Below, piece after piece: positions 44,586 to 54,858 of a stretch of DNA of 64,000 nucleotides. How positions within the stretch are numbered: position 1 is the first letter of the stretch; each line of letters starts with the position of its first letter. Made by a program: the position numbers and the translations under genes. This stretch comes from Desulfococcus sp. 4484_241 (GTDB lineage: Bacteria > Desulfobacterota > Desulfobacteria > Desulfobacterales > Desulfosudaceae). The notes beneath the pieces were generated by a model. The model was not told the origin of the DNA. It did no database searches and saw nothing but the letters and a program-made list of their open reading frames with translations. The stretch covers positions 1,818-65,817 of the forward strand of contig MZGQ01000005.1 of NCBI GenBank assembly GCA_002085115.1, in the 5' to 3' direction.

Positions 44586-45344
44586 GTGTTAAAAAGGACA
44601 ACACATCAAAACAAAAACGGTTCTTTTATTGGAATCACTGTCTGGGAGCTTTTTTTGGGAATCTTGAAACATTGTTGCGCCATAATTTTCGGCAAATCAG
44701 CCTGGCAAAAGTACCGGATATTTTTGTACGCAACAGCGGCAACCATATTTGCCGTTTCAAACTGTAATGCGGCAGATGGCGGCCTGATTGTTGCGTTCAG
44801 ATCAATGTTGGATGCCCACACCCCTCCCCTGCTGCTTGCCATCCTGCTTTTGAGCCTTCCGCTGTTCGGATTTCCCATCAGTGTGCTTTACGCGTTTTGC
44901 GGAGTGATCTTTGGCCCGGTTGCAGGGCTTGCGGTTATAGCTGCGGCCATACCGTTCCATCTGGCATGCTCGTTTGGGCTGGCAAAAATGGTAGCTGCTC
45001 CCATAGAAAAAGTTCTTGCCATAAAACACTACAGGATCCCCAAAGTGCCTGCACACCGTCGGGCGGGATTCTGCCTTGTCATGAATGTGCTGCCGGTTCC
45101 CTACACAGTAAAAAACTACCTGATGCCGATAGCAGGAGTCCCTTTCAGGCTGTTCTTCTGGCTCTCGTGGCCGATCCAGTTCGCCATGGCCATGCCGGCA
45201 CTGCTTGCCGGCAGCTCCCTCGCGGAGATGGAACCATTGTTCCTGGTTGTGGCTGTCTTGATTTTCGCAGGAATATACTGCACGGTACGCTCAATAGAAA
45301 AACGGTATGGCGGCCGGTGGGCTGTAAAAGACAACGCATGTTAA
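44586..45344 (+). CDS. TVP38/TMEM64 (DedA-related) family membrane protein
   Basis: Polytopic ORF with ...FGFPISVLYAFCGVIFGPVAGL... The start is uncertain: GTG at 44586, or ATG at 44805. Confidence 0.55.
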   Translation: MLKRTTHQNKNGSFIGITVWELFLGILKHCCAIIFGKSAWQKYRIFLYATAATIFAVSNCNAADGGLIVAFRSMLDAHTPPLLLAILLLSLPLFGFPISVLYAFCGVIFGPVAGLAVIAAAIPFHLACSFGLAKMVAAPIEKVLAIKHYRIPKVPAHRRAGFCLVMNVLPVPYTVKNYLMPIAGVPFRLFFWLSWPIQFAMAMPALLAGSSLAEMEPLFLVVAVLIFAGIYCTVRSIEKRYGGRWAVKDNAC

Positions 45345-45452
45345 ACAGCTGTGCGCTTTTATGTCACCTTTGCTAAAACCTGTATATGAAAAACAGATAC
45401 TCCTATGTCCCGGGCTTATCTTTCTGCACGAACCCGGAACACCTAAAACAAC

Positions 45453-45504
45453 AAAAATTTGCCTGTTACCGTCCCAAAAAAAATTTGCCTGTTACCGTCC
45501 CAAA
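45453..45504. repeat. Perfect 2 x 26-bp tandem duplication (AAAAATTTGCCTGTTACCGTCCCAAA)
   Basis: Copies at 45453-45478 and 45479-45504 are identical. They lie in the gap between the convergent TVP38 and ftsZ genes. Confidence 0.95.
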
Positions 45505-45591
45505 CATTGCAATTCCGTGTTCCGCCCTGTGATGTGACAGTAATACGACGGCAAAGCATAAAACCATTATGTTTTGTAAAGATCAGGCCGA

Positions 45592-46737
45592 TCAGTCTGC
45601 CTTTTTCCGTAAGAATGTCGGTATATCCAGATCATCCTCGCTGGAGCCTGAAGACTCGCCCGACGCCTCCTGAACACGACGGAACGTTGGTTTTTCAAGG
45701 GTTGACACGGATATGTTTTCAAGGTCGGCAGGAGTGATATCCCTTATCCTTCCTCTCTTGATATCAACAACAGAATCGCCATCAGCCCCTATACCCGTTG
45801 CTATAACTGTTATGCGCATCTCATCGCCAAGGGTCTCATCTATAGTCTGGCCCCAGATTATCTCGGTGTCATCACCCACTTCCTCGTGTATACGATCTGA
45901 CGCCTCTGTCATCTCCTCAAAGGTCATATCACTCGTGCTCGTTATATTTATCAGCACTCCCTTTGCCCCTGAAATGGAAAAATCCTCCAAAAGCGGGTGA
46001 GCTATGGCCCTCTCCGCAGCTTCAACAGCCCTGTTTTCTCCGCTTGCGACACCGATCCCCATAAGAGCCATTCCCGCCTTTGACATTATGGTCTTGACAT
46101 CGGCAAAGTCCAGGTTAACAAGCCCCGGCACCATGATAAGATCTGAAATACCCCTTACCGAATGGTGAAGCACCTCGTCAGCCTTCCTGAACATATCAAG
46201 CATCTTGGCGTTCTTCGGTGCTATCGATCTTAACCTGTCGTTGGGAATAGTTATTACGGTGTCTGCAATATCCTTTAACGTCTTGATTCCCTCCTCTGCC
46301 TGACGGGCCCGCTTCCTACCCTCGAAGGAAAACGGCTTGGTTACGACGGCAACCGTAAGGATGCCAAGTTCTTTGCATATCTCTGCAACAACGGGCGACG
46401 CCCCTGTCCCGGTTCCGCCTCCGCAGCCTGCGGTTATGAAAACCATGTGAGACCCATCCAAGGCAGCCCTGATGGCATCACTGCTTTCAAGGGCCGCCTC
46501 CCTGCCCACTTCCGGATTGGCTCCCGCACCAAGGCCCTGGGTAATCGACTCGCCTATCTGGATCTTTCCGGAAGCCTTTGACATGTCAAGCGACTGTACA
46601 TCGGTGTTTGCAACGATAAACTCAACCCCCTTCAGGTTTGACTCTATCATGTTGTTTACGGCGTTACCGCCGGCACCCCCCACGCCGATCACCTTGATCT
46701 TTGCGTTATTTTCATTTTCAACATACGAAAAAGCCAT
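45592..46737 (-). CDS. ftsZ: Cell division GTPase FtsZ
   Basis: [27 protein letters not shown] (tubulin signature), and the C-terminal [11 protein letters not shown] peptide. Confidence 0.97.
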   Translation of the reverse strand: MAFSYVENENNAKIKVIGVGGAGGNAVNNMIESNLKGVEFIVANTDVQSLDMSKASGKIQIGESITQGLGAGANPEVGREAALESSDAIRAALDGSHMVFITAGCGGGTGTGASPVVAEICKELGILTVAVVTKPFSFEGRKRARQAEEGIKTLKDIADTVITIPNDRLRSIAPKNAKMLDMFRKADEVLHHSVRGISDLIMVPGLVNLDFADVKTIMSKAGMALMGIGVASGENRAVEAAERAIAHPLLEDFSISGAKGVLINITSTSDMTFEEMTEASDRIHEEVGDDTEIIWGQTIDETLGDEMRITVIATGIGADGDSVVDIKRGRIRDITPADLENISVSTLEKPTFRRVQEASGESSGSSEDDLDIPTFLRKKAD

Positions 46738-46793
46738 AAGACCCTCCTCTGTTCATTATATGTTCCTTTTAATAAATGTCTTCATGCTGCCCA

Positions 46794-48017
46794 CTAAACT
46801 ATATCCTTGAACCAACGTTTCATGCGGCCTATGAGCCGGTTGAAAATATTGGAATCTCTTATGCGGAACCTCCTGTCACCATCAGCCTTTGCCCCGTATA
46901 TCACCAGTCCTACACCGGTGGCATACATCGGGTTGTTGACGACATCAACAAGCCCGGTTATGCCGACAGGACGTCCCAGCCTCGTAGGCTGGCTGATTAT
47001 CGATTCCGCGACATCACATATACCCTCGAGCAGGGCCGTTCCTCCCGTTAATACAACGCCTGACGTTATCAGCTCCTCAGCGCCCTTGCCGTATATCTCC
47101 CTGTTTATCAGGGTAAATATCTCTTCCACCCTGGGTGTTACTATCTCTCCGAGTATCTGCCGTGACAACTTCTTGGGCTCACGGCCCCCGGTGCTTTTCA
47201 CCTCTATCTCGTCATCGGCTGCCACCGCCGTGGAACCGCACACCGCGTACTTCTTCTTAATCTTTTCCGCCTCGGTATGCGGGGTGCGAAGACCTATAGC
47301 GATGTCGTTTGTAAGGTTGTTGCCGCCAAGGGCCAGCACAAAAGTATGACGGATATTCCCCCCGTAAAAAATGGCCAGATCGGTTGTCCCGCCGCCAAGA
47401 TCGATAAGGGCGGCTCCAAGGGCCTTTTCTTCGTCCGTCAGGACGGCCTCACCAGAAGCCAGGGACTCTAACACAATATCGCAGACGTTCAGTCCGGCCC
47501 GGTTGGCGCACTTGACTATGTTATGGGCCGAGGTGACCGCGCCGGTCACTATGTGTATTTTAACCTCCAGCCTGACTCCGCTCATTCCAACGGGGTTCTG
47601 GATGCCGGGCTCATCATCCACTATGTATTCCTGCGGAAGAACATGTATTATCTCTCTGTCCATTGGAATGGCAACGGCGCTGGCTGCCTCTATCACCCTT
47701 CCGACATCTCCCTGGGTTATCTCCCTGCCCTTGATGGCTATAACTCCCCGGCTGTTGAAGCTGTTGATGTGGCCGCCGGCTATCCCGACGTATACGTCGG
47801 AAATCTCGCAACCCGCCATAAGCTCAGCCTCTTCCACTGCCTTCTTTATGGAGGATACGGTCGACTCTATGTTTACCACCACGCCCTTGCGAAGTCCCTC
47901 CGAAGGATGGGTCCCGATGCCGATGATATTGATCTTGTCACCGTCCCTCTCACCGACCACTGTGCATATTTTTGTCGTGCCTATATCAAGCCCGACTATC
48001 AGGTCTTGCTCCCGCAT
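46794..48017 (-). CDS. ftsA: Cell division protein FtsA
   Basis: 407-aa actin-fold protein. VGLDIGTTKICTVVGE..., LIDLGGGTTDLAIF. Position in the dcw cluster. Confidence 0.95.
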   Translation of the reverse strand: MREQDLIVGLDIGTTKICTVVGERDGDKINIIGIGTHPSEGLRKGVVVNIESTVSSIKKAVEEAELMAGCEISDVYVGIAGGHINSFNSRGVIAIKGREITQGDVGRVIEAASAVAIPMDREIIHVLPQEYIVDDEPGIQNPVGMSGVRLEVKIHIVTGAVTSAHNIVKCANRAGLNVCDIVLESLASGEAVLTDEEKALGAALIDLGGGTTDLAIFYGGNIRHTFVLALGGNNLTNDIAIGLRTPHTEAEKIKKKYAVCGSTAVAADDEIEVKSTGGREPKKLSRQILGEIVTPRVEEIFTLINREIYGKGAEELITSGVVLTGGTALLEGICDVAESIISQPTRLGRPVGITGLVDVVNNPMYATGVGLVIYGAKADGDRRFRIRDSNIFNRLIGRMKRWFKDIV

Positions 48018-48895
48018 GATTCCCCCTTTTTGGAATTGTATGCATACGCCCCGGCCGGTTCAGTTTCAACGGCAACGCGGCCGGGCCACTCAAGCCCTAT
48101 CGACGCTACGCGGCGACCGTTTTCGCACTCCTTTTCGACCAAATCCATGACACGGCCAAGCCTCCAAAGTTTGTCGGCATAACCACCGAATCCAAGCCTG
48201 ATGCCGCCTATATGATCGAATGCAAACATGGTAAGACCGGCATCCCTGTCCACCGATATTCTTCTTATCTTCATACCAGGCATGGAGTTACCCATTCTGC
48301 CTGCCATTGCCAAAAGATCCATCGCGGCTTTAAAGGCACGGCTCGCCGGATAACCCTTGTCATCAATATCCCTGCAATCAAGCCCCGTTATTACGGGAAG
48401 CGTATCAGGGCCATTCCCCTCAACACGCTTGAAAATCTTTCCATCCTCCTGAACGTAAAACTTCTCACCCATATCAACGATCGCAACAGGGGTATGCTCC
48501 TTTATCGATATTTTCAATTTCCCCGGAAGCACTCTGTAAACCTCGGCCTTTGCAATCCACGGCTGGGCCAGCAGCCTGCGTCTTACAAGGCCCAGGTTTA
48601 TTGAGAGAATATTTTCACCCCGGGCAACTCCTGCCGCCTGCATGACCTCATCGGCTGAAAGAACACAGGCCCCATCCACCTCTATATCGGCAGCCGCAAA
48701 ATAACGGCAACCGGTTACAAACCGGTAACCCTCCAGAAAGGCTGTACTTACCAGGACGAGCAGAAGGATAAAAGCCAGCACAGTCAGAAACCGCCCGGCC
48801 AAATGCGTATCCTTCCTGGCGGACCTCCTTGCAGATGTCTTTCTTTTCGCCTTCAAAGGCAAAGGCGCTTTACGTTTTTGCCTGTTAGCCAACAA
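47999..48895 (-). CDS. ftsQ: Cell division protein FtsQ (POTRA domain)
   Basis: 298 aa. Basic N-terminus, one TM helix, then a POTRA-like region (...NILSINLGLVRRRLLAQPWIAKAEVYRVLPGKLKISIKE). Synteny between murB and ftsA. Confidence 0.85.
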   Translation of the reverse strand: MLANRQKRKAPLPLKAKRKTSARRSARKDTHLAGRFLTVLAFILLLVLVSTAFLEGYRFVTGCRYFAAADIEVDGACVLSADEVMQAAGVARGENILSINLGLVRRRLLAQPWIAKAEVYRVLPGKLKISIKEHTPVAIVDMGEKFYVQEDGKIFKRVEGNGPDTLPVITGLDCRDIDDKGYPASRAFKAAMDLLAMAGRMGNSMPGMKIRRISVDRDAGLTMFAFDHIGGIRLGFGGYADKLWRLGRVMDLVEKECENGRRVASIGLEWPGRVAVETEPAGAYAYNSKKGESCGSKT

Positions 48896-49823
48896 TTATC
48901 ACCTCCGGTTCCAGATCGATCCCGAAAAGATCGGAAACCCTGTCCTGGACCACCTCCATGAGCCTTATAAAATCTGAAGCTGTCGCGTCTCCCCTGTTTA
49001 CAAAAAAATTTGCGTGCTTTTCGGAAACAGCAGCCCCCCCTATTGTCATTCCCTTCAGGCCAGCCATTTCTATCAACCTGCCGGCAGACTCTCCCTGCGA
49101 AGGATTCCTGAAAAAACAGCCTGCACTGCTCTTGTCCACAGGCTGGACAACCAAACGCCGACGCAGAATCTCATTAGCCTCGTCACGTAACGCACCACGG
49201 TCTCCGTGTTTTAAAACAAGCTTTGCCATTGTGACGGCAAACCCGCCAGATTCGGGGGAGCCGAGGCCTTTTACGGAAAACCGCCGGTATGAAAAATCAA
49301 GTTCCGACCGCTTCTTTTTTTCAACACTGCCCGTCCGGGTTACTATTTCAATCGCATCGACCACGTCTCCCATGTTCCCGGACGAAGTCCCCGCATTCAT
49401 CACTACCGCTCCCCCCACCGATCCGGGAATGCCCAGCGCAAAATTCATACCGGAAAGCCCCTGCTCTATCGCATATCTGCAGACCGCCTGGAGCCAAAGT
49501 CCAGCCCCTGCGGCCACAACAACTTCCCCGTCCCGGTCCGCAGAAATCGAGATCTCTTTCCAGCCCTTTTTCATATCTATAACCACGCCATCCATTCCAC
49601 CATCCCTGACGAGCAGGTTGCTGCCGCCGCCCAGGATAAAAAAATCAACACCCTCATCGTTGCACCGGGCAAGCAGTTCCCTGAGTCCTTCAGTATTGTC
49701 AACGGAGACAAAGAGTCCTGCCGGTCCGCCAACACCAAGGGTTGTGTGCCTGGACATCGGTTCCCCGGCCTTTACATTGGGACCGAACCGTTTCTTTACC
49801 CATTTTATAAACGCATCATTCAT
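48885..49823 (-). CDS. murB: UDP-N-acetylenolpyruvoylglucosamine reductase
   Basis: 312 aa. ILGGGSNLLV, GIPGSVGGAVVMNAG, SAGCFFRNP. Confidence 0.93.
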   Translation of the reverse strand: MNDAFIKWVKKRFGPNVKAGEPMSRHTTLGVGGPAGLFVSVDNTEGLRELLARCNDEGVDFFILGGGSNLLVRDGGMDGVVIDMKKGWKEISISADRDGEVVVAAGAGLWLQAVCRYAIEQGLSGMNFALGIPGSVGGAVVMNAGTSSGNMGDVVDAIEIVTRTGSVEKKKRSELDFSYRRFSVKGLGSPESGGFAVTMAKLVLKHGDRGALRDEANEILRRRLVVQPVDKSSAGCFFRNPSQGESAGRLIEMAGLKGMTIGGAAVSEKHANFFVNRGDATASDFIRLMEVVQDRVSDLFGIDLEPEVIIVG

Positions 49824-49825
49824 CT

Positions 49826-51229
49826 TTACCGACTCTCCGATGACCTCTCCTGCTTGCGAAGCTCACCAAGAACCTCATCCCCGATCTTCCACACGTCACC
49901 GGCTCCAAGCGTTATGAGAATATCGCCATCGCGCAGCAGTCTCTTGAGACATGCCACTGCCTCCATGCTGTCAGGCACGTAATGCACCCCCTTATGGCCA
50001 TGCGCCCTGATCCCTTCGCTCAACGACTCGCTGTCCACGCCCTCTATCGGATGCTCTCCTGCAGAATATATGGGAAGCACCACCAGCTCGTCGCACTGGT
50101 AAAAGGCCCTTGTGAAATCGTCGAAAAGCGCCCTGGTCCTGGTATACCTGTGCGGCTGAAACACCACCACGACCCTGCGATCACCCCAATGCTGCCTGAT
50201 CCCCTGGAGAGTCGCCTTTATCTCTGTGGGATGATGTCCGTAATCGTCAACCACGACCACGCCGCCAGCCTCTCCTTTTTTCTCAAGCCTGCGGCAAACA
50301 CCGGCCATCGTCTCAAGCGCCTTCTTTATAGTTGGAAACGGTATGCCGAGTTCCATGCCTACAGCCACTGCGGCAAGCGAATTCCTGACATTGTGCAGGC
50401 CGGGAAACCCAAGGTTGATCTCCCCGATATGCCTGCGGCGCATGTGCACTGAAAACCGGGTCTTCCCGTTCACAGGCTCGATTCTGCGCGCCTGAAGATC
50501 GGCCTGGCTGGTGGTGCCGTACGTTATAAAACGTTTCCTGAAACTTGGGACCAGTTCCTGGAGCGGTTCGTTGTCGAGGCACACGACAGCAAGCCCGTAA
50601 AACGGAAGGCTGTCTATAAACTGAAGAAAACTTTTCTTTATCGCGTCCAGCCCGCTGTAATAGTCAAGGTGCTCCCTGTCTATGTTGGTCACAACCGCGA
50701 TCGACGGCTTGAACTTCAAAAAGGACCCGTCGCTTTCATCCGCTTCAGCAACTATAAAATCACCGTTGCCAAGTAGGGCGTTCGTGCCTATGCTGTTAAG
50801 TTTTCCGCCGATAACAACGGTGGGATCCATATTTCCCTCACCCAGGACTGAAGCGATCATGGAGGTTGTGGATGTCTTGCCGTGAGCCCCTGCCACGACT
50901 ATGCTGTACTTCAGCCTCATTATCTCGGCAAGCATCTCTGCACGCGGTATCACAGGAATATTCTGTTCGCGTGCGGCCGTAACCTCGGGGTTGTCCCGGC
51001 CTATTGCAGATGACACGACAACCACATCAGCGCCCTTTATATTTTCAGCATCGTGGGAATAAAACACCTTTCCCCCGAGGGAACTCAGCCGCTCGGTAAT
51101 ATCGGAACGCCGCAGATCGGAGCCGGAAACCGTGTAACCAAGGTTCAAAAGCAGCTCTGCAATGCCGCTCATTCCGATACCGCCTATTCCGACAAAATAT
51201 ATGTGATACTTTTTCAGGTACACAGGCAC
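49826..51229 (-). CDS. murC: UDP-N-acetylmuramate--L-alanine ligase
   Basis: 467 aa. IYFVGIGGIGMSGIAELL, VAGAHGKTSTTSM. Confidence 0.95.
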   Translation of the reverse strand: MPVYLKKYHIYFVGIGGIGMSGIAELLLNLGYTVSGSDLRRSDITERLSSLGGKVFYSHDAENIKGADVVVVSSAIGRDNPEVTAAREQNIPVIPRAEMLAEIMRLKYSIVVAGAHGKTSTTSMIASVLGEGNMDPTVVIGGKLNSIGTNALLGNGDFIVAEADESDGSFLKFKPSIAVVTNIDREHLDYYSGLDAIKKSFLQFIDSLPFYGLAVVCLDNEPLQELVPSFRKRFITYGTTSQADLQARRIEPVNGKTRFSVHMRRRHIGEINLGFPGLHNVRNSLAAVAVGMELGIPFPTIKKALETMAGVCRRLEKKGEAGGVVVVDDYGHHPTEIKATLQGIRQHWGDRRVVVVFQPHRYTRTRALFDDFTRAFYQCDELVVLPIYSAGEHPIEGVDSESLSEGIRAHGHKGVHYVPDSMEAVACLKRLLRDGDILITLGAGDVWKIGDEVLGELRKQERSSESR

Positions 51230-52377
51230 ACCAGCGGTTTTGAGTTAATCTTCCCGGATGCCACGGCGAGACACACCTTTGCAACCCGCCTGGCCGCATC
51301 CGGCTTTCCCATCTGCCGGCATCGTTTGGACATTTGCGCAAGTATCCCCCGATGGTTTGCATAAAACACAACCCTGTCGGCAAAAACCTTACCTGTAAAA
51401 CCGCTTTCAGCGATCATCTCGGCCGCCCCGGCATCCACTAACGCCTTTGCGTTATAGGTCTGGTGATCATCGGCAGCGCCGGGGAACGGAACAAATATGC
51501 AGGGTTTGCCCATACAGGTCACCTCGGCAACAGTCGTGGCTCCGGCCCTGCATATCACAAGGTCGGCGATCCGGTACCAGCAGGCCATGTCATTGAAAAA
51601 AGGTTCCACGACACTTTCCATTCCATGAGACTCGTACGCCTTTCGAACCATGGCAAGGTCAGCCTCGCCGGTCTGGTGCACGAACTTTATGCCAAGTTCC
51701 TGATCGATATATGCCAGTCCCTGTGTAACAGCCATGTTGATGCCATGAGCGCCCTGGCTGCCGCCTACTATGAAAACCGTAAAGCCATCGCTGGCACTGT
51801 CCTGTCCGGCGCTACTTTCACCCGCATCCTCAACAGCTTTCAAAAACGACTTTCTGACCGGGTTGCCTGTTACAGACACCCGCTTTGCCGAAAGCCTGCC
51901 CGCCGCCTGCTCGTGGGAGACACATACCCAGTCCGCAAAACGGGAAAGCAGGCGGTTGGTAATTCCCGGCAGGGCGTTTTGCTCGCATATTACGATCCTT
52001 TTGCCAAGAAGCATTGCGCAAATAACCACAGGCGCCGATGAATACCCCCCCATTCCTATCACCACGTCGGGCTTGAATTTCACTATCAGGCGGGCGGCCT
52101 TGAAGACACCGGCACACAACTTTAAGATGGCCCTGGCACCGGCAAGCGCTCCGCGCCCTTTTATTCCTTCGGCGGATATCCTTTCAAAAGCGAACCCGGC
52201 ACCGGGCAGCACCCGTTTTTCAATCGGGCTGCCGGTGCCGACAAACAGCAGCTCGCAGCCCGGGGCTGTTTCCCTGAGGCTCTCGGCGATCGCTATGCCC
52301 GGGAAAAGGTGCCCACCTGTTCCGCCACCAGTGATTATGGCGCGTATATTTTCGTGTCTGTTACCAGGCCTCTTCAT
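51214..52377 (-). CDS. murG: Undecaprenyldiphospho-muramoylpentapeptide beta-N-acetylglucosaminyltransferase
   Basis: 387 aa. ITGGGTGGHLFPGIAIAE, ICRAGATTVAEV. Confidence 0.95.
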   Translation of the reverse strand: MKRPGNRHENIRAIITGGGTGGHLFPGIAIAESLRETAPGCELLFVGTGSPIEKRVLPGAGFAFERISAEGIKGRGALAGARAILKLCAGVFKAARLIVKFKPDVVIGMGGYSSAPVVICAMLLGKRIVICEQNALPGITNRLLSRFADWVCVSHEQAAGRLSAKRVSVTGNPVRKSFLKAVEDAGESSAGQDSASDGFTVFIVGGSQGAHGINMAVTQGLAYIDQELGIKFVHQTGEADLAMVRKAYESHGMESVVEPFFNDMACWYRIADLVICRAGATTVAEVTCMGKPCIFVPFPGAADDHQTYNAKALVDAGAAEMIAESGFTGKVFADRVVFYANHRGILAQMSKRCRQMGKPDAARRVAKVCLAVASGKINSKPLVCLCT

Positions 52378-53491
52378 CGTGACACCGTTGTCCTATGTTC
52401 ATCAATATGCCTATCGCTCCCATGTTGAAAAGCAGTGAAGTGCCGCCGTAACTTAAAAATGGAAGCGTAAGCCCCTTTGCCGGCAGGATCCCCAACGCCA
52501 CGCCGGTATTCACAAACACCTGCAACCCTATGGCCGACGTCAACCCCAGAGCCAGAAGACTTGCGAAAAGATCATCCGCTTTTCTGGCGATTACTATTCC
52601 ACGCCATAGTATTACAAAATAAAGAAACATGATGGCGATTACTCCGCAAAGCCCCAGCTCTTCGCCAATAACAGAAAAGATGAAATCGGTATGCGGTTCA
52701 GGCAGATAGAAAAGCTTCTGGTATCCCTGCCCGAGCCCGGTTCCCCATATCCCGCCGGTGCCAAACGCCATAAGGGAGTGTACGATCTGGTAGCCGCTGC
52801 CGTTCCGGTATTGCCATGGATCGAGAAAACTGATAAGGCGGTGCACCCTGTATTGGGCGGCAAACATGTAATAGACAACGACCGGGAGCAGGAATATGCA
52901 GGAGGCAAGAAGGTGCATCATCCTGACGCCGGCCGCAAAAAGCATTATTGATGTTATAACGCCGAGTATCATAACGGTCCCGAAATCAGGCTCCATTACC
53001 ACGAGCAGCGACAGTATAATGAATACCACCACGTGCGGCAGAAACCCTATGGCGAAATCCTCGACATTCTCTTTTTTCTTGCTAAGTGAATAGGACAGGT
53101 AAACTATCAGGGAAAACGTTGCGAAAACCGACGGCTGGAATGAGAACGGACCAATGTGCAGCCAGCGGGTTGCCCCCCCGGCTGTATACCCTATTCCCTT
53201 CACATAAAGCGCTCCAAGCAGAACAAAAGAAAGCAGCAGAAAAAAGTATGCCATTGCACGAAACGCCCTGTAGGGGAAATACCTTAAAAACACCATCAGT
53301 CCGGCGCCCAGGGCAACGTACAAGACCTGCCGCTTCAGGAAATAAGCGCCGTTCCCGAAACGTTCGGCTGCAATATGCGAGCTGGCGCTGTATACCATGG
53401 CAACCCCGATACCCGCCAGTATCAGCGCCGGGAACAGCAGGCTTACATCTACGTACAGCAACCGGGTCTTTGACCTATATTTCCGCGCCAT
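52361..53491 (-). CDS. ftsW: Peptidoglycan glycosyltransferase FtsW (SEDS family)
   Basis: Polytopic SEDS protein (…LPEPHTDFIFSVIGEELG…, LPAKGLTLPFLSYGGTSL). The ATG at 53491 (MARKYRSK) is preferred. The longer ORF to 53677 would overlap murD by 200 nt. Confidence 0.9.
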   Translation of the reverse strand: MARKYRSKTRLLYVDVSLLFPALILAGIGVAMVYSASSHIAAERFGNGAYFLKRQVLYVALGAGLMVFLRYFPYRAFRAMAYFFLLLSFVLLGALYVKGIGYTAGGATRWLHIGPFSFQPSVFATFSLIVYLSYSLSKKKENVEDFAIGFLPHVVVFIILSLLVVMEPDFGTVMILGVITSIMLFAAGVRMMHLLASCIFLLPVVVYYMFAAQYRVHRLISFLDPWQYRNGSGYQIVHSLMAFGTGGIWGTGLGQGYQKLFYLPEPHTDFIFSVIGEELGLCGVIAIMFLYFVILWRGIVIARKADDLFASLLALGLTSAIGLQVFVNTGVALGILPAKGLTLPFLSYGGTSLLFNMGAIGILMNIGQRCHDEEAW

Positions 53492-54848
53492 TCTGTGCCT
53501 CCATAAGCCTTTTAACGGCTCTGCAGAAATCATCCCCCCGGTGCGCATAGCTCTCGTACATATCGAAGCTTGCACATGCCGGTGAAAGCAAAACAGCATC
53601 CCCCGGTTCCGCAATCTCGTATGCCTTGCCAACCGCGTCTTCCATCGTCTGGGCGTCCCACATGGGCACGGAACCATTTATGCTTGCGCGTATCCTGCTC
53701 TTTGTCTCACCAATCAGAATCACCGCCCTTACGCACTCCCTTATCACGTTCCTCAAAACACCATATTCACAGCCCTTGTCCTCTCCTCCCATCAGCAAAA
53801 CAACAGGAGAAGTGAAAAACTCCAGCGCTCTTCTAACCGCGTCCGGGTTGGTGGCCTTGGAATCGTTAAAATAATGCACCCCGCCGATACTCCCGACATA
53901 TTCCAGCCTGTGGGGAAGCCCCTGGAACTCATCCACCGCGGTCTGAATACCCTCAATGGTTCCGCCGAGTTCCAGTGCGGCCAGCGCAGCGGCTGAAATA
54001 TTCTCAAGGTTGTGGCGGGCGCGCATTACCGGGGACTTTACCAATATCTTCCCGGCGAGGGCCCCTTCCTTTAATATATTTATATCCCGGCCATCAATGG
54101 CTGCCCCGTTCGTGATCGACCTGCCAGCGTTAAACATCAGCCTTTTACTTCTTGTCCCCTTTGCCGCCTGGAGGACATGAAAATCAGCACCATTTATAAC
54201 CGCTGTGTCATCCTCCTGCTGGTTCTCAAAGATCCTGCCCTTTGACCGCACGTAATCGCTAAAATCCTCGTACCTGGCCATGTGATCTTCGGCTATGTTA
54301 AGCAATACAGCGACTCTTGGCCTGAATGTTGAAATGGTGTCAAGCTGAAAGCTGCTGATCTCTGCCACCACTATATCGGCGGTCTGCCCCTTGTCCGCAA
54401 ACCCTATGAGCGGAGCACCTATATTCCCTCCGACAAAAACATGGAACCCCGAGGCCTTCAGCATCTCTCCAAGAAGCGTTGCGGTCGTTGTCTTTCCGTT
54501 CGTGCCGGTAACTGCCGCAACAGGCTTTGTTATAAACATCGATGCCAGCTCAATCTCTCCTATCACCGGCACACCCTTCTTCACCGCCTTTCTGATAGGT
54601 TCCGCCGACAGGGGCACCCCGGGGCTCACTACAACGAAATCCGCCGACAGGAATGTCTCTGTCCTGTGGCCACCCAGCTCGAGCACTGCACCCATCTCAC
54701 GTGCCAAGGCCGCCGCCTCCCCGATCTTCTGTTCGGATGCACAATCGGTTGCAACGACAGAGGCACCGCGCTTGCACAAAAAACGCACCGTGGCCATCCC
54801 TGACCTGCCAAGGCCCACAACCACAAACTTTTTATTTTCTATATCCAT
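53475..54848 (-). CDS. murD: UDP-N-acetylmuramoylalanine--D-glutamate ligase
   Basis: 457 aa. VVVGLGRSGMA, AVTGTNGKTTT. Confidence 0.95.
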   Translation of the reverse strand: MDIENKKFVVVGLGRSGMATVRFLCKRGASVVATDCASEQKIGEAAALAREMGAVLELGGHRTETFLSADFVVVSPGVPLSAEPIRKAVKKGVPVIGEIELASMFITKPVAAVTGTNGKTTTATLLGEMLKASGFHVFVGGNIGAPLIGFADKGQTADIVVAEISSFQLDTISTFRPRVAVLLNIAEDHMARYEDFSDYVRSKGRIFENQQEDDTAVINGADFHVLQAAKGTRSKRLMFNAGRSITNGAAIDGRDINILKEGALAGKILVKSPVMRARHNLENISAAALAALELGGTIEGIQTAVDEFQGLPHRLEYVGSIGGVHYFNDSKATNPDAVRRALEFFTSPVVLLMGGEDKGCEYGVLRNVIRECVRAVILIGETKSRIRASINGSVPMWDAQTMEDAVGKAYEIAEPGDAVLLSPACASFDMYESYAHRGDDFCRAVKRLMEAQNGAEI

Positions 54849-54858
54849 GGTGCGATAC

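Noticed and set aside
53492-53677. N-terminal 62-aa extension of the ftsW ORF (MVPCPCGTPRRWKTRLARH...), which overlaps murD by about 200 nt.
   Set aside because: The extension is Arg/Cys-rich nonsense read from the murD antisense-shifted frame. The ATG at 53491 gives a normal SEDS N-terminus with a 17-nt overlap typical of this cluster.
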